The translations under genes and the position numbers were made by a program. Below are positions 27,852 to 38,439 of a stretch of 64,000 nt of DNA, piece after piece. The notes beneath the pieces are model-generated. The model was not told where the DNA came from and searched no databases. It was given only the letters and a program-made list of their open reading frames with translations. Location of the stretch: the NCBI GenBank assembly GCA_002721445.1, contig PBKN01000008.1:4156-68155 (forward strand). The letters are read 5' to 3'. Source of the stretch: Chloroflexota bacterium. Its GTDB lineage: Bacteria; Chloroflexota; Dehalococcoidia; Lucifugimonadales; GCA-002723415. How positions within the stretch are numbered: the first letter of the stretch is position 1; each line of letters opens with the position of its first letter.

Positions 27852-28847
27852 TTAATTAATAGGTAATTTTAAAAGATTTGCCAATTTTTCTAATGAATCT
27901 CTTGATTCATTAGGCGGAAGAAAATTCAATCCATCTATAGCTTTATCACAATAACTTTTTGCAATATTAAATGATTCATCTATCAGTTCTGTATTAATTA
28001 TTTTTTTTATTACTTCTCTTAGTTTATTTTGATCATTATAATCTTTAAGTAATTCATTAATATCTAATCGGTAGTTATTATTCTCTAATGCTAAAATTAT
28101 TGGTAAAGTTATTATACCTTGCATTAAATCATTTCCAACTGGTTTTCCAATTTTATCTTCAGACCCCTTAAAGTCTAAAATATCATCAATAATTTGAAAA
28201 GCTATTCCATAGTTATATGCATATTGTTCAAGAGATTGAACAATCTTGTCTGAAGCATTACTTAAGATAGCTCCAGATTGAGCTGAAGTTAGAAATAATG
28301 AAGCAGTTTTAGAATATATCCTATGAAAATAATCAGCTCTCTTTAAATCTAATTTGAAACTCTCCTCTTTTTCTCTTAATTGACCACTTGAAAGTTCCAT
28401 TATAGTTTCAGAAAAACGTTTAATTACTTTTATATTATTTGTATCACAAACATATGTGGCAGATGCTGCAAACAAATAATCACCTACCAAGACAGCTTCT
28501 TTATTACCCCAAACATTACTTACAGTTTTTTTACCTCTCCTAAGTTTAGAATCATCTACTGTATCATCATGAATTAATGTTGCAATATGTAACATTTCAA
28601 CTGCAGTTGCCATTATATCTATTATTTTATAATCATGTGAATTGAAATTAGCTGCCAATAATGTAATAGCTGGTCTAACTCTTTTACCTGGGGTATTCAA
28701 AACATATTCCAACAAATTTGACATAAGAGGATGAGAAATTTTTTTAATTAAACTTAACTTTTTCTCAACTCGCAATAACCCTTCTTGAATTGGTAAGTAA
28801 ACAATATTGTCTTTAAAATAGCTTTGTTGCTCAGGTAGAATATTCAT
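27852..28847 (-). CDS. long-chain polyprenyl diphosphate synthase (IspB/HepT-like)
   Basis: The first and second Asp-rich motifs LIHDDTVDDSKLRRG and FQIIDDILDF are present. Confidence 0.9.
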   Translation of the reverse strand: MNILPEQQSYFKDNIVYLPIQEGLLRVEKKLSLIKKISHPLMSNLLEYVLNTPGKRVRPAITLLAANFNSHDYKIIDIMATAVEMLHIATLIHDDTVDDSKLRRGKKTVSNVWGNKEAVLVGDYLFAASATYVCDTNNIKVIKRFSETIMELSSGQLREKEESFKLDLKRADYFHRIYSKTASLFLTSAQSGAILSNASDKIVQSLEQYAYNYGIAFQIIDDILDFKGSEDKIGKPVGNDLMQGIITLPIILALENNNYRLDINELLKDYNDQNKLREVIKKIINTELIDESFNIAKSYCDKAIDGLNFLPPNESRDSLEKLANLLKLPIN

Positions 28848-30514
28848 TTTTCAATAATCATATTTTCATTTTCAATCACTGAGTCATCTAATTTTTCAAA
28901 CAAATGTCCAGAAAATTCGACTTTAGTTCCAGGTTTCAACTGATTGGAATCCCATTCCCATTTAATATTTATAATTTCATTTTTAAAACCAAGCATTGAA
29001 TGAAGTTTAGAGGATGTATGAGGTAAAAACGGATAGAAAAGAATCTTCAAACAATTTATAACAGATAATGCTACCCATATAGTTGTACCTGCTTCTTCTA
29101 TGTTTGACTTCACAACCTTCCATGGAGCTTTATGTTCTAAATACCTATTAACTGACTGAGCTAATTTAAAAGAATTCTGTAGTCCTAACCTAAATTGACA
29201 TAATTCCAGATTTTCTGAAACTTGATTCATTGTAAAATTACATTTATCTAAAAGTTCGCTACTTATATCATCTAATTTAGTAGGCTCAGGTATCTTATTT
29301 TCAAAATTCTTTTTTACTATATTTAAAACTCTATTAACTAAATTACCATAAGTTGCAACCAATTCATCATTATTACGTCTTACAAATTCTTTCCATGTAA
29401 AATCTGTATCACTAGTTTCTGGCATACTTGCAGATAATACATATCTGAGTGCATCAGGAGAATATTTATCAAGATATTTAGGAAGCCATACAGCCCAATC
29501 TCGGCTAGTAGAAAATTTAGAACCTTGCAAATTTAAATATTCATTTGCAGGTATATCATAAGGTAATTTAAATTTTCCATATCCAAGTAAAATTGAAGGT
29601 AAAATAACAGAATGAAAAGGTATATTGTCTTTACCCATAAAATAAAATGATTTACTATTTTCACCTGACCAATATTCAATCCATGAATCAGGCTCACCTC
29701 TGTCATTTGCCCATTGGATTGATGCAGATAAATAACCAATTACAGCTTCAAACCAAACATATATCCTTTTTGTTGGGTATCCATCTATAGGTAATGGAAT
29801 ACCCCATTCAATATCCCTAGTGATTGCCCTGTCTTTCAAGCCGTTTTCAATAAATGATTGAGTAAAATTTTTGACATTAGGCCTCCAATGATCTTGCTGG
29901 CTTACCCATTTATTTAATGCATCTTCAAAAAATGTCAATTTTAAGAAAAAGTGTTCTGTTTCTTTAATAATAGGTTCATTGCCACATGTTCGACAAGTCA
30001 TATTTAAAAGATCTTTAGGGTCTAATGTTTTTCCACAACTATCACACTGATCACCTCTAGCTCCTTGTGAATTACACTCTGGACAAATACCTTCGACATA
30101 TCTGTCAGCTAAAAATCTATTTTCTTTTTGACAAAAAGGCTGATGCATGGGAGCTTTATAAATATATCCCTTATTTAATAAATCTAAAAAGATATCTTGT
30201 ACTACTTTAAAATGATTATTCGTATGAGTTGTAGTAAACAAATCAAAAGTTATTCCTAACCTTTTCCAGTTATCTAAAAATTCATCTTGATACTTTGTAA
30301 TAATATCTTCAGGAGTAACACCTTTTTGCTCAGCAGTTAAAGTAACAGGAGTCCCGTGTGTGTCACTCCCTGACACCATTAAAACTTCATTCCCTTTAAT
30401 CCTATGATATCTAGCAAAAATATCAGCAGGTAAATAAACTCCCGCCACTTGCCCTAAATGTATTGAGCCATTTGCATAAGGCCATGCAACTGCTATCAAA
30501 ATTTTTTCTGACAT
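28844..30514 (-). CDS. metG: methionine--tRNA ligase (no C-terminal Trbp111-like domain)
   Basis: WPYANGSIHLGQ, the zinc knuckles CPECNS..CDSCGK..CRTCGN and KFSTSRD (a KMSKS variant) are present. Confidence 0.95.
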   Translation of the reverse strand: MSEKILIAVAWPYANGSIHLGQVAGVYLPADIFARYHRIKGNEVLMVSGSDTHGTPVTLTAEQKGVTPEDIITKYQDEFLDNWKRLGITFDLFTTTHTNNHFKVVQDIFLDLLNKGYIYKAPMHQPFCQKENRFLADRYVEGICPECNSQGARGDQCDSCGKTLDPKDLLNMTCRTCGNEPIIKETEHFFLKLTFFEDALNKWVSQQDHWRPNVKNFTQSFIENGLKDRAITRDIEWGIPLPIDGYPTKRIYVWFEAVIGYLSASIQWANDRGEPDSWIEYWSGENSKSFYFMGKDNIPFHSVILPSILLGYGKFKLPYDIPANEYLNLQGSKFSTSRDWAVWLPKYLDKYSPDALRYVLSASMPETSDTDFTWKEFVRRNNDELVATYGNLVNRVLNIVKKNFENKIPEPTKLDDISSELLDKCNFTMNQVSENLELCQFRLGLQNSFKLAQSVNRYLEHKAPWKVVKSNIEEAGTTIWVALSVINCLKILFYPFLPHTSSKLHSMLGFKNEIINIKWEWDSNQLKPGTKVEFSGHLFEKLDDSVIENENMIIEK

Positions 30515-30586
30515 TTAACTTCCCATAAAATATATATATAAAAATGTTAACATAATAAAACTATTTAATTTATATATAAATTACAT

Positions 30587-31420
30587 TTATTTTTTTCCTT
30601 TGCTTAAATCCAACCACATTTTATATATATTTTTTTTTGAAACACCTGTTTCATTAAATACAATATCAACTATTTCTTTAGTTTTTAATTTGCTTACATC
30701 TATATCTTTTAATATTTTCAAAACATCACTTTCACTTGTTTTTTTTCTTATATCATCACTTATAAAAGCTTCAATCAATATAATAAATTCACCTTTAGGA
30801 TTATTAAAATTATCTATTGCTTCACTAATTTTTCCTCTAAAAATATCTTCATAAAGTTTAGTCATTTCTCTGCAAACAGTAATTTTACGATCTCCTAAAT
30901 TATCTAGAAGAAATTTAAGACAACTTTGCAACCTGTGAGGAGACTCTAGTAATACAGTAACCTTTTTATCATTAATTATTGAATCTATTAATTCCATTCT
31001 CTTTGATTTTTGTTTAGGGAAAAATCCTACAAAAACCCATTGGTCAAATATCATTCCTGATATTGACACTGCTGTAGTTACAGAAGATACACCTGGAATT
31101 GGTACAATTTTATGCCCTAAATCGATAGCAGACGCAACTAATTCCTGACCCGGGTCATTAATACAAGGTAACCCTGCATCAGATACTAAAGCGATATCTT
31201 TTTGTTCTAATTCAGATAAAATATATGGCACCTTACTCAATTTATTATAATTATTATAACTAGTCATTGAAGTTTTAATATTATACTTATTTAATAATCT
31301 AGAAGTTATTCTTTTGTCTTCACAAACAATCAGATCAACTTCAGTCAAAATTCTTATTGCACGTAAAGTTATATCTTCTAAATTACCTATTGGCGTGCCA
31401 ACAACATAAAGACTAGACAT
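30587..31420 (-). CDS. rsmI: 16S rRNA (cytidine1402-2'-O)-methyltransferase
   Basis: LYVVGTPIGNLEDITLRAIRIL, VSDAGLPCINDPG and a tetrapyrrole-methylase-like fold are present. Confidence 0.9.
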   Translation of the reverse strand: MSSLYVVGTPIGNLEDITLRAIRILTEVDLIVCEDKRITSRLLNKYNIKTSMTSYNNYNKLSKVPYILSELEQKDIALVSDAGLPCINDPGQELVASAIDLGHKIVPIPGVSSVTTAVSISGMIFDQWVFVGFFPKQKSKRMELIDSIINDKKVTVLLESPHRLQSCLKFLLDNLGDRKITVCREMTKLYEDIFRGKISEAIDNFNNPKGEFIILIEAFISDDIRKKTSESDVLKILKDIDVSKLKTKEIVDIVFNETGVSKKNIYKMWLDLSKGKK

Positions 31421-31485
31421 TTTATTTCCATATTTTATTATTATTATTAAATTATAATATAATAAAAGTTAAAAATGTTTATAAA

Positions 31486-31992
31486 ATGATTAAAACAATT
31501 ACACTAATATCAGATACACATTGTAAAAACTGGAAAGAAATCCACCCTGAAATAAAAAGTAAAATTCAACAAACAGACTATGCTATTCATTGTGGAGATT
31601 ATGTACATAAAAATATACTAGATGAATTCATATTAAATTCAAATAACCCAATTGTAGTTCATGGTAATTCTGATCCTGTAGAAATACGCCAGTTGATTCC
31701 GTATACACAGATTTTAAAAATTAATAATTTAAATATTGGTATAATCCATCCAGCTTGGGGGAAAGAAGAATTTGATTATAAAGAATTATTTAATGACTTC
31801 CCGTCAAAAAAACTTGATGCAATTTTTTTTGGCCATACACATGAACCAGTTAATGAAGTAATAAATAATACCCTTTTCGTAAACCCTGGCCAGGCATATT
31901 CTTCATTTTTAGTACCAGCAACTATAGCAATAATAACCATAAATAATCAAAATATTTATTGTGAAATAAGAGAAATATCACCAGCTTTATAA
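31486..31992 (+). CDS. YfcE/MJ0936-type metallophosphoesterase
   Basis: The series SDTH..., CGD, HGNSD and GHTH is present. Confidence 0.8.
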   Translation: MIKTITLISDTHCKNWKEIHPEIKSKIQQTDYAIHCGDYVHKNILDEFILNSNNPIVVHGNSDPVEIRQLIPYTQILKINNLNIGIIHPAWGKEEFDYKELFNDFPSKKLDAIFFGHTHEPVNEVINNTLFVNPGQAYSSFLVPATIAIITINNQNIYCEIREISPAL

Positions 31993-32003
31993 ATTATATG
32001 ATG

Positions 32004-32348
32004 TTAGCCCATACCTAATAATTTTCTACCTGACAATAAATGCAAATGTAAGTGAGGAACTTCTTGACCAGAGTTTTCTCCTTGGTTTATTACTAAACGA
32101 TAACCATCATCTGCAATTCCAATGTTTTTAGCATAATTTACTGCTGCATCAAACATTGATCCTAATATAATCGCTACATCTTCAAAATCAGATAATCTTA
32201 AAATATGCTTATGAGGAATAATTAATAGATGGAGTGGAGCTTTTGGTGCAATATCTTCAATTACAAAACAAAAATCATTAGAAAATAACTTCTTAGAATT
32301 AACTTCACCTTTACTAATCAAACAAAATATACAATCATTCAAATACAA
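32004..32348 (-). CDS. HIT-family (histidine triad) protein
   Basis: CIFC... and the triad VPHLHLHLL are present. Confidence 0.9.
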   Translation of the reverse strand: MYLNDCIFCLISKGEVNSKKLFSNDFCFVIEDIAPKAPLHLLIIPHKHILRLSDFEDVAIILGSMFDAAVNYAKNIGIADDGYRLVINQGENSGQEVPHLHLHLLSGRKLLGMG

Positions 32349-32359
32349 ATCTCCAAAAC

Positions 32360-33178
32360 CTATCTTTTTACTGATTTTCTTTTCTTTATATCTATATAAA
32401 TCAACATAGTAGTTATTCCTGTAATAGGAACTATACCAGTAATTGGGAATATAGTAATTTCTAATATACTAAATATTAAATTATTAATTAAATTAATTTT
32501 AGGCTCTATAATCCAAACTAAAGAATACATAAACAATAACAATATAAGTATAAATAATATAACAAAAAATATTCTGATTCTGAAAGTTTTAACTAATTCA
32601 TAACTACCCGGGAAAGATTCTATAGGCCCCATATCTTCAAATAATATCATTTGGTTGAAAAAAGAAAAATTGACCATGAGTAAAAATAATAATGGTAATC
32701 CAAAAATAGTTATTGATAAAAGTGCAGCTGCAAAAAACAAAATAAAAAAAACTAAATTAGCTATAAAAAGAGTTCTTATTTTTGGCAATACACTAATATA
32801 AGAATCAAAAACATTCAGTTTCTTGCCAAATGTTAAAGCATTTATTTTTATTGATAAAGCAGCAGTAGCTAATATACTAACAAAAAACCCAGTAATCAGT
32901 AATACTCCGAAAAAAAATAATTGCAAACCATTTAATTCATTTTGATTTAACTCATTAATATTTGGTATAAATACATATCTTAGAATATTGAAAATCCCTA
33001 CAGGAATTAAAGATATAAATATAAAAGTAAAAATATTATTTAAATACACTTTAAATGTACTAATTAATATATACTTTACCCATTCAAAATTACCTAAATC
33101 TTTAGAGTCATAATTGAAATTTGATATATTTTCTTCATACTGATTAGAATTTTTGTCTGTACTATCAGAATCATTCAT
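32360..33178 (-). CDS. hypothetical multi-pass membrane protein
   Basis: The 272-aa protein has an acidic/Asn-rich N-terminus followed by about 6 hydrophobic segments. I recognise no motif. Confidence 0.5.
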   Translation of the reverse strand: MNDSDSTDKNSNQYEENISNFNYDSKDLGNFEWVKYILISTFKVYLNNIFTFIFISLIPVGIFNILRYVFIPNINELNQNELNGLQLFFFGVLLITGFFVSILATAALSIKINALTFGKKLNVFDSYISVLPKIRTLFIANLVFFILFFAAALLSITIFGLPLLFLLMVNFSFFNQMILFEDMGPIESFPGSYELVKTFRIRIFFVILFILILLLFMYSLVWIIEPKINLINNLIFSILEITIFPITGIVPITGITTMLIYIDIKKRKSVKR

Positions 33179-33199
33179 AGGAAACCGTATTATTAAAAT

Positions 33200-33595
33200 C
33201 TATGAAAATTGTATGAGTTCAATTCTAGTATCTCCAGGAGCCTTTATAAATGCAATCGATTCAATAATACCATTAGAAATAGGTATTGGGCCTTCTAATA
33301 GTTCTGCACCTAATTCCAATAATCTGTCTATTTCTAAATCTATATCTTTAACAGTAATTCCAAAATGTTCTAAGCCATAGTGAGCATAGGGATCTCCGGG
33401 GTTTAATGTCTCATTAGTACGTTCAGCAGAAATATTAACTGTAATACCATTAGAAGATTCACATTTTATAAACCTATCTCCAAAAACTCTTACTTCATCA
33501 CCTGCAATTTTAAAATCAAATGCTTTAACATACCATTTTGCAATACTTTCAGGATCAGAAGATTTTATATGTATATGATTAACTTCATAAGCCAT
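33200..33595 (-). CDS. VOC-family (glyoxalase/bleomycin-resistance fold) protein
   Basis: The 131-aa protein has VNHIHIKS...HFGI..DID...G typical of VOC paired beta-alpha-beta-beta-beta modules. Confidence 0.7.
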   Translation of the reverse strand: MAYEVNHIHIKSSDPESIAKWYVKAFDFKIAGDEVRVFGDRFIKCESSNGITVNISAERTNETLNPGDPYAHYGLEHFGITVKDIDLEIDRLLELGAELLEGPIPISNGIIESIAFIKAPGDTRIELIQFS

Positions 33596-33704
33596 AAATT
33601 ACCTCCATAAATTTAATTATCTCAATAATATTTAAATTGAAAATTGAAAACAATAGTTAAATCAATATTAATTCGCTAAAGACACTATTAGAATTCATAA
33701 TTAA

Positions 33705-34358
33705 CTATTCTCCATGTATTTTATTTACAAATTCAAGTATTTTTTTCTCATCTTTAATACCATTACTTTCAACCCCACTAGAAACATCTAAACCCCAAGG
33801 TTTAACTTTTTCAATAGCTAGATTTACATTATTAGATTTCAAACCTCCAGCTAAAATAAAATTATATTTTAAACTTAATCCCTCAATTATTGACCAATCA
33901 AATGCATTCCCTGTACCTCCAAGTTGCCCTTTTTCTTGATGATCCAAAATAGGAATACATTTTCTATCCAATATTTGAGAAATATTTTCTACGATGTTAG
34001 TCTTAGCAATTTCTTTATTCTGTTCTTGTTGAACTCTAATCTGCTTAATTACAGGAACATCAACTAACTTCCAATAATCAGCTGTTTCTTCTCCACATAA
34101 CTGAACCATATCTAATTTACACTTTTGGACAGTATTATTTACAAACTTCAAACTCTGATTTGCAAACAAACCCACTAATTTAGGAGAGTGTGATGTGATA
34201 CCTTGTCTATATTTTTGTAATAATTCATAACCCGAATTTTGAGTTAATTGTCTCCTTACATTTTCTACAAAAACAAATCCTAAATAATCTACATGTAATT
34301 TTGATGCATAAATTGCGTGTTGAGGTTCCCTAATACCACAAATCTTTATTTTTGGCAT
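33705..34358 (-). CDS. trpF: phosphoribosylanthranilate isomerase
   Basis: KICGI..., LILAGGL and GLDVSSGVE are present. The gene overlaps trpC by 13 nt. Confidence 0.9.
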   Translation of the reverse strand: MPKIKICGIREPQHAIYASKLHVDYLGFVFVENVRRQLTQNSGYELLQKYRQGITSHSPKLVGLFANQSLKFVNNTVQKCKLDMVQLCGEETADYWKLVDVPVIKQIRVQQEQNKEIAKTNIVENISQILDRKCIPILDHQEKGQLGGTGNAFDWSIIEGLSLKYNFILAGGLKSNNVNLAIEKVKPWGLDVSSGVESNGIKDEKKILEFVNKIHGE

Positions 34359-35137
34359 ACCAGTTCCCTTAATTTTTTTGCTGTGTTATTAGAGGTTATT
34401 AATGATTCTCCTACTAATACAGCATCCACACCTACTTCTTTAAGTTTATTAATATCATCTTTAGTCTTAATTCCACTTTCACTGATAATAATTTTATTAT
34501 TAGGAATTAATTTTGCAAGTCTATAAGTAGTATCCATATTAGTTATAAAAGAAGTTAAATCACGATTATTAATACCAATAATTTCTGCCCCTGCTTGTAA
34601 AGCTATATCCAATTCATTTTCATCGTGTACTTCAACAATACACTGCAACCATAATTTATTCGCTAAAATTAACAAATCATTTAATTTTTTAAAACCTAAA
34701 ACAGATACAATTAACAGTATAGAATCAGCTCCATATGCCCTAGCTTCATAAATTTGATAAGGATCAAGAATAAAATCTTTACGTAAAACTGGAATAGAAA
34801 ATTTATTAACAAAACCAGATACAACTGACATGTGATCCAAGCTTCCTTTAAAATATTTTTGATCAGTTAATACAGAAATCGCTGCTGCTCCATTTTCACA
34901 ATAAATTTTGGACAATTCCAGAGGGTCAAAATTATTCGTTAACAAACCTTTTGAAGGTGAATTTTGTTTAATTTCAGCAATTACTCGAACCGAGTCACCC
35001 ATTAAACTACCCGCAAGATTTAATGGGATATTTTTCTTTTTTATCATTTTATCTAAAAATTCTAAAGAATTTTTCTTTTTTATCATTTCTATTTCTTTTA
35101 ATTTATTAGAAACAATCTCATCTAAAATATTAGGCAT
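34346..35137 (-). CDS. trpC: indole-3-glycerol-phosphate synthase
   Basis: VIAEIKQNSPSKG, LRKDFILDPYQI, GINNRDL and ISESGI are present. Confidence 0.95.
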   Translation of the reverse strand: MPNILDEIVSNKLKEIEMIKKKNSLEFLDKMIKKKNIPLNLAGSLMGDSVRVIAEIKQNSPSKGLLTNNFDPLELSKIYCENGAAAISVLTDQKYFKGSLDHMSVVSGFVNKFSIPVLRKDFILDPYQIYEARAYGADSILLIVSVLGFKKLNDLLILANKLWLQCIVEVHDENELDIALQAGAEIIGINNRDLTSFITNMDTTYRLAKLIPNNKIIISESGIKTKDDINKLKEVGVDAVLVGESLITSNNTAKKLRELVCQK

Positions 35138-35163
35138 GAATATATCCGTTTAAATATTATTTA

Positions 35164-36183
35164 TTAATCTGGTTTTAACTCTTTACTCAATTTTATAAAA
35201 GAATTCATTGCATTTAAAGCTTTTCCTGTATCAATAGATTCTTTTCCAGCCTCTATACCTGATTTGATATCAGACACTGTATCTGAAGCAAGTAAAGCTA
35301 CAGCAGAATTAATTAATACTATTTCTCTATGAGGGCTATGTAATCCATTAAAAATATTCATAATAACCTGAATACTTTCATCTATATCTTTTACTTGAAT
35401 ATCCTCTTTATTAATATAATCAAAACCAAAATCTTTAGGAGATATTTCATATTCAATTATTGAATTATTCTTCAATTCCCAAACTTGAGTATTATCTGAT
35501 AAAGTTACTTCGTCCAAATTATCTTTTCCATGCACAACTAATGCTCTTTTACTCCCTAGTTCAGCTAAAACTTGAGCAATTTTTTTTCCTGTTGAAGGAT
35601 CAGCAACTCCTAATAAATGAAATTCAGCATTAGCAGGATTAGTCAAAGGACCCAATATATTAAATACAGTCCTTAAACCTAAATCCTTCCTTGGTTTAGC
35701 AGCAAATTTCATAGATGGATGATACCTTTGCGCAAACATAAATCCAAAACCTGTTTCTTGAATACATCGTTCTACGTCATTAGGAGCCAAATCTATATTA
35801 GCACCTAATTTTTCTAAAATATCTGCACTTCCACATGAACTAGACATAGCTCTATTCCCATGCTTAGCTACTTTAACACCTGCTCCTGCAACAACAAAAG
35901 CAGTAGTGGTAGAGATATTAAAACTTTTCGAACCATCTCCACCAGTACCACAAGTATCTAATACAGGTAAATCAACAGAAACTTTTAAAGATTTAGATCT
36001 CATCACGCGAGCCATCCCAACAATTTCTTGAACAGTTTCATTTTTCATTCTCATTGCAGTTACAAAAGATCCAAACTCTACATCAGAGACTGAACCTTCC
36101 ATAATTAGTTCCATTGCAAGTGAAGCTTGCTCTGAAGTCAAGGATTTCCCTTGAATTAAAGATTCAATAGTCTTTGTAAACAT
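35164..36183 (-). CDS. trpD: anthranilate phosphoribosyltransferase
   Basis: LDTCGTGGDGSKSFNISTT, KHGNRA and NILGPLTNP are present. Confidence 0.95.
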   Translation of the reverse strand: MFTKTIESLIQGKSLTSEQASLAMELIMEGSVSDVEFGSFVTAMRMKNETVQEIVGMARVMRSKSLKVSVDLPVLDTCGTGGDGSKSFNISTTTAFVVAGAGVKVAKHGNRAMSSSCGSADILEKLGANIDLAPNDVERCIQETGFGFMFAQRYHPSMKFAAKPRKDLGLRTVFNILGPLTNPANAEFHLLGVADPSTGKKIAQVLAELGSKRALVVHGKDNLDEVTLSDNTQVWELKNNSIIEYEISPKDFGFDYINKEDIQVKDIDESIQVIMNIFNGLHSPHREIVLINSAVALLASDTVSDIKSGIEAGKESIDTGKALNAMNSFIKLSKELKPD

Positions 36184-36202
36184 TTAACTCTCTCATTAAT
36201 TC

Positions 36203-36301
36203 TTAAAATATACTCACTATCAACGCTACCACTTGAAATGCACCCCATATCAACAAAGTGGTAAGAAGAATTTCCTTCCAAGTACGTTTCGTCTTAATCA
36301 T
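36203..36301 (-). CDS. candidate 32-aa single-pass membrane peptide (MIKTKRTWKEILLTTLLIWGAFQVVALIVSIF)
   Basis: It was hand-translated and is below the ORF-track size cutoff. It has an ATG start with GAGAGAGG 9 nt upstream, a basic N-terminus and one hydrophobic helix. Its stop lies 19 nt before the trpD start. Confidence 0.3.
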   Translation of the reverse strand: MIKTKRTWKEILLTTLLIWGAFQVVALIVSIF

Positions 36302-36373
36302 CTATTCAGGCCTCTCTCATTTTAATTGAAATTAATTAGCAAAATTTAAATTTATAAATAACAAAAATGTTTT

Positions 36374-36937
36374 TCATATATTTAGAAAATTATTTAACAA
36401 TTCTTTACCGTGTTTAGTCATAATAGATTCAGGATGAAATTGAATTCCATAGACATCAAAATCTTTGTGTTTAACTCCCATTATTATTCCATTGTCAGTC
36501 CAAGCAGTAACCTCAAGTTCATCTGGAAGTGAGTCAGGGAAAATAGCTAAAGAATGGTAGCGAATAGCTTCAAAAGGATTAGGAAGATTTAAAAACAATC
36601 CTTCTTGATTATGATGAATTAATGATGTTTTACCATGCATAATTTCACCTGCTTCGCCAACTTCGCCACCATAGACCACTCCTACACATTGATGCCCTAA
36701 GCAAACACCTAATATAGGAATTTTATTACTAAATATTTCGATAACCTCTTTAGATATTCCTGATTTATCAGGGGTGCACGGACCAGGAGAAACAACTATC
36801 TTTTCTGGATTCCATTTTTCTACATCCTGAATTGTAAACTTATCATTTCTTACTACTTTTACATCAGCTCCTAATTCACTCATATATTGATATAAATTAT
36901 ATGTAAAACTATCATAATTATCTATTAATAAAATCAT
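36374..36937 (-). CDS. trpG: anthranilate synthase component II (glutamine amidotransferase)
   Basis: [21 protein letters not shown] and GIQFHPES are present. Confidence 0.95.
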   Translation of the reverse strand: MILLIDNYDSFTYNLYQYMSELGADVKVVRNDKFTIQDVEKWNPEKIVVSPGPCTPDKSGISKEVIEIFSNKIPILGVCLGHQCVGVVYGGEVGEAGEIMHGKTSLIHHNQEGLFLNLPNPFEAIRYHSLAIFPDSLPDELEVTAWTDNGIIMGVKHKDFDVYGIQFHPESIMTKHGKELLNNFLNI

Positions 36938-38400
36938 TCTTCATTCCAGTATTTTTTCTCAGCTTGATCAATAGACTTTAATAAAGCATTTGCTTTATGC
37001 AAAGTCTCTTTGTATTCTAACTCTGGTTCACTATCAAAAACCACTCCTCCACCTGACTGTGCATATGCAATACCATCTTTAATTACTAAAGTACGAATAG
37101 CTATAGCAGTATCCATATTACCTGAAAAATCAAAATGCCCTACAGCGCCGCCATATAGTTCTCTTTTCTCATTTTCCATTTCTGAAATAATTTCCATCGC
37201 TCTAATCTTAGGAGCACCTGACAAAGTTCCAGCAGGGAAGCAAGACCTGAAAGCATCGTAATTATTAAAATTTTGACTTAATTCACCTTCTACATTAGAG
37301 ACTATATGCATTACATGAGAATATCTTTCTATACCCATGAAATTTGTAACATTTATAGTTCCCGGCTTACAAACTCTTCCCAAATCATTTCTTCCTAAAT
37401 CAACAAGCATAATATGTTCAGCTATTTCTTTAGGATCAGATAGTAGGTCTTTTTCCATTTGTATATCTTCTAAATCATTTTCTCCTCTAGGTCTAGTCCC
37501 TGCAATAGGATGAGTTGAAACAATTCCATCTTGAACTTTAGTCAACATTTCAGGAGATGCTCCAGCAACTTGAAAATCTCCAAAATTCAGAAAATACATA
37601 TATGGAGAGGGATTAATTTCCCTCAATGATTTATAAATTTCAATAGCTGGCACATTAATTCTTCTTTGTAACCTTTGAGACGGAACAACTTGAATAACAT
37701 CACCTTCAAATATATATTTTTTAATACTTTTAACGATATCAATATAACTATCCATATCTATATTTGATAATACTTCAGCTTTATTGTCATTAGGTTTATT
37801 TAAAGGCTCATTATTTGTATTGTTAGATTTTAATTTATCGATTAGATTATTTATCTTTTTAACAGCATCATTATAGGATTTTTCAATATCTCCAGTTAAA
37901 TCTATGTGAGTGATAATCTTGATTTTATTTTTCATATGATCAAATTCTAAAAAGGTTTTAGTTAACATAAAAATAGATTCAGGTAACCCTAAAGTATTAG
38001 GTAAAGACATATTCAAATTCTCAAAATAACTTACAGACTCGTAAGCAAGATACCCAACAACCCCTCCAGTAAATTTAAATTTTGGCATATTAGGTAATTG
38101 AACAACGTTATATTTTGACAACTCTTTTTGAATAGGAATTAAAGGATCAATACATCCATATTCTTGGCCTTCTCCTGTTTTTATAATTAATTCTGGTTCA
38201 CAACCTATAAAACTATAAGTATGATCTTTATCAATTCCATCAGCACTTTCTAGTAAAAATGAATAGGGAGTAGAAGCTACCTTGCTATATACTGATAATG
38301 GAGTTTCAGATCCTGCATCAAATTCAATATATAAAGGAATTAAATTACCTTTGTCTTTTAATTTGAATACTTCTTCAAGTTCAGGGTAAAACACAATCAC
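36934..38400 (-). CDS. trpE: anthranilate synthase component I
   Basis: LESAD..., [23 protein letters not shown] and GGAVGHF are present. The gene overlaps trpG by 4 nt. Confidence 0.95.
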   Translation of the reverse strand: MIVFYPELEEVFKLKDKGNLIPLYIEFDAGSETPLSVYSKVASTPYSFLLESADGIDKDHTYSFIGCEPELIIKTGEGQEYGCIDPLIPIQKELSKYNVVQLPNMPKFKFTGGVVGYLAYESVSYFENLNMSLPNTLGLPESIFMLTKTFLEFDHMKNKIKIITHIDLTGDIEKSYNDAVKKINNLIDKLKSNNTNNEPLNKPNDNKAEVLSNIDMDSYIDIVKSIKKYIFEGDVIQVVPSQRLQRRINVPAIEIYKSLREINPSPYMYFLNFGDFQVAGASPEMLTKVQDGIVSTHPIAGTRPRGENDLEDIQMEKDLLSDPKEIAEHIMLVDLGRNDLGRVCKPGTINVTNFMGIERYSHVMHIVSNVEGELSQNFNNYDAFRSCFPAGTLSGAPKIRAMEIISEMENEKRELYGGAVGHFDFSGNMDTAIAIRTLVIKDGIAYAQSGGGVVFDSEPELEYKETLHKANALLKSIDQAEKKYWNEE

Positions 38401-38439
38401 TACCTCTTATATTTATATATTATTTAAAATTAATTTACC

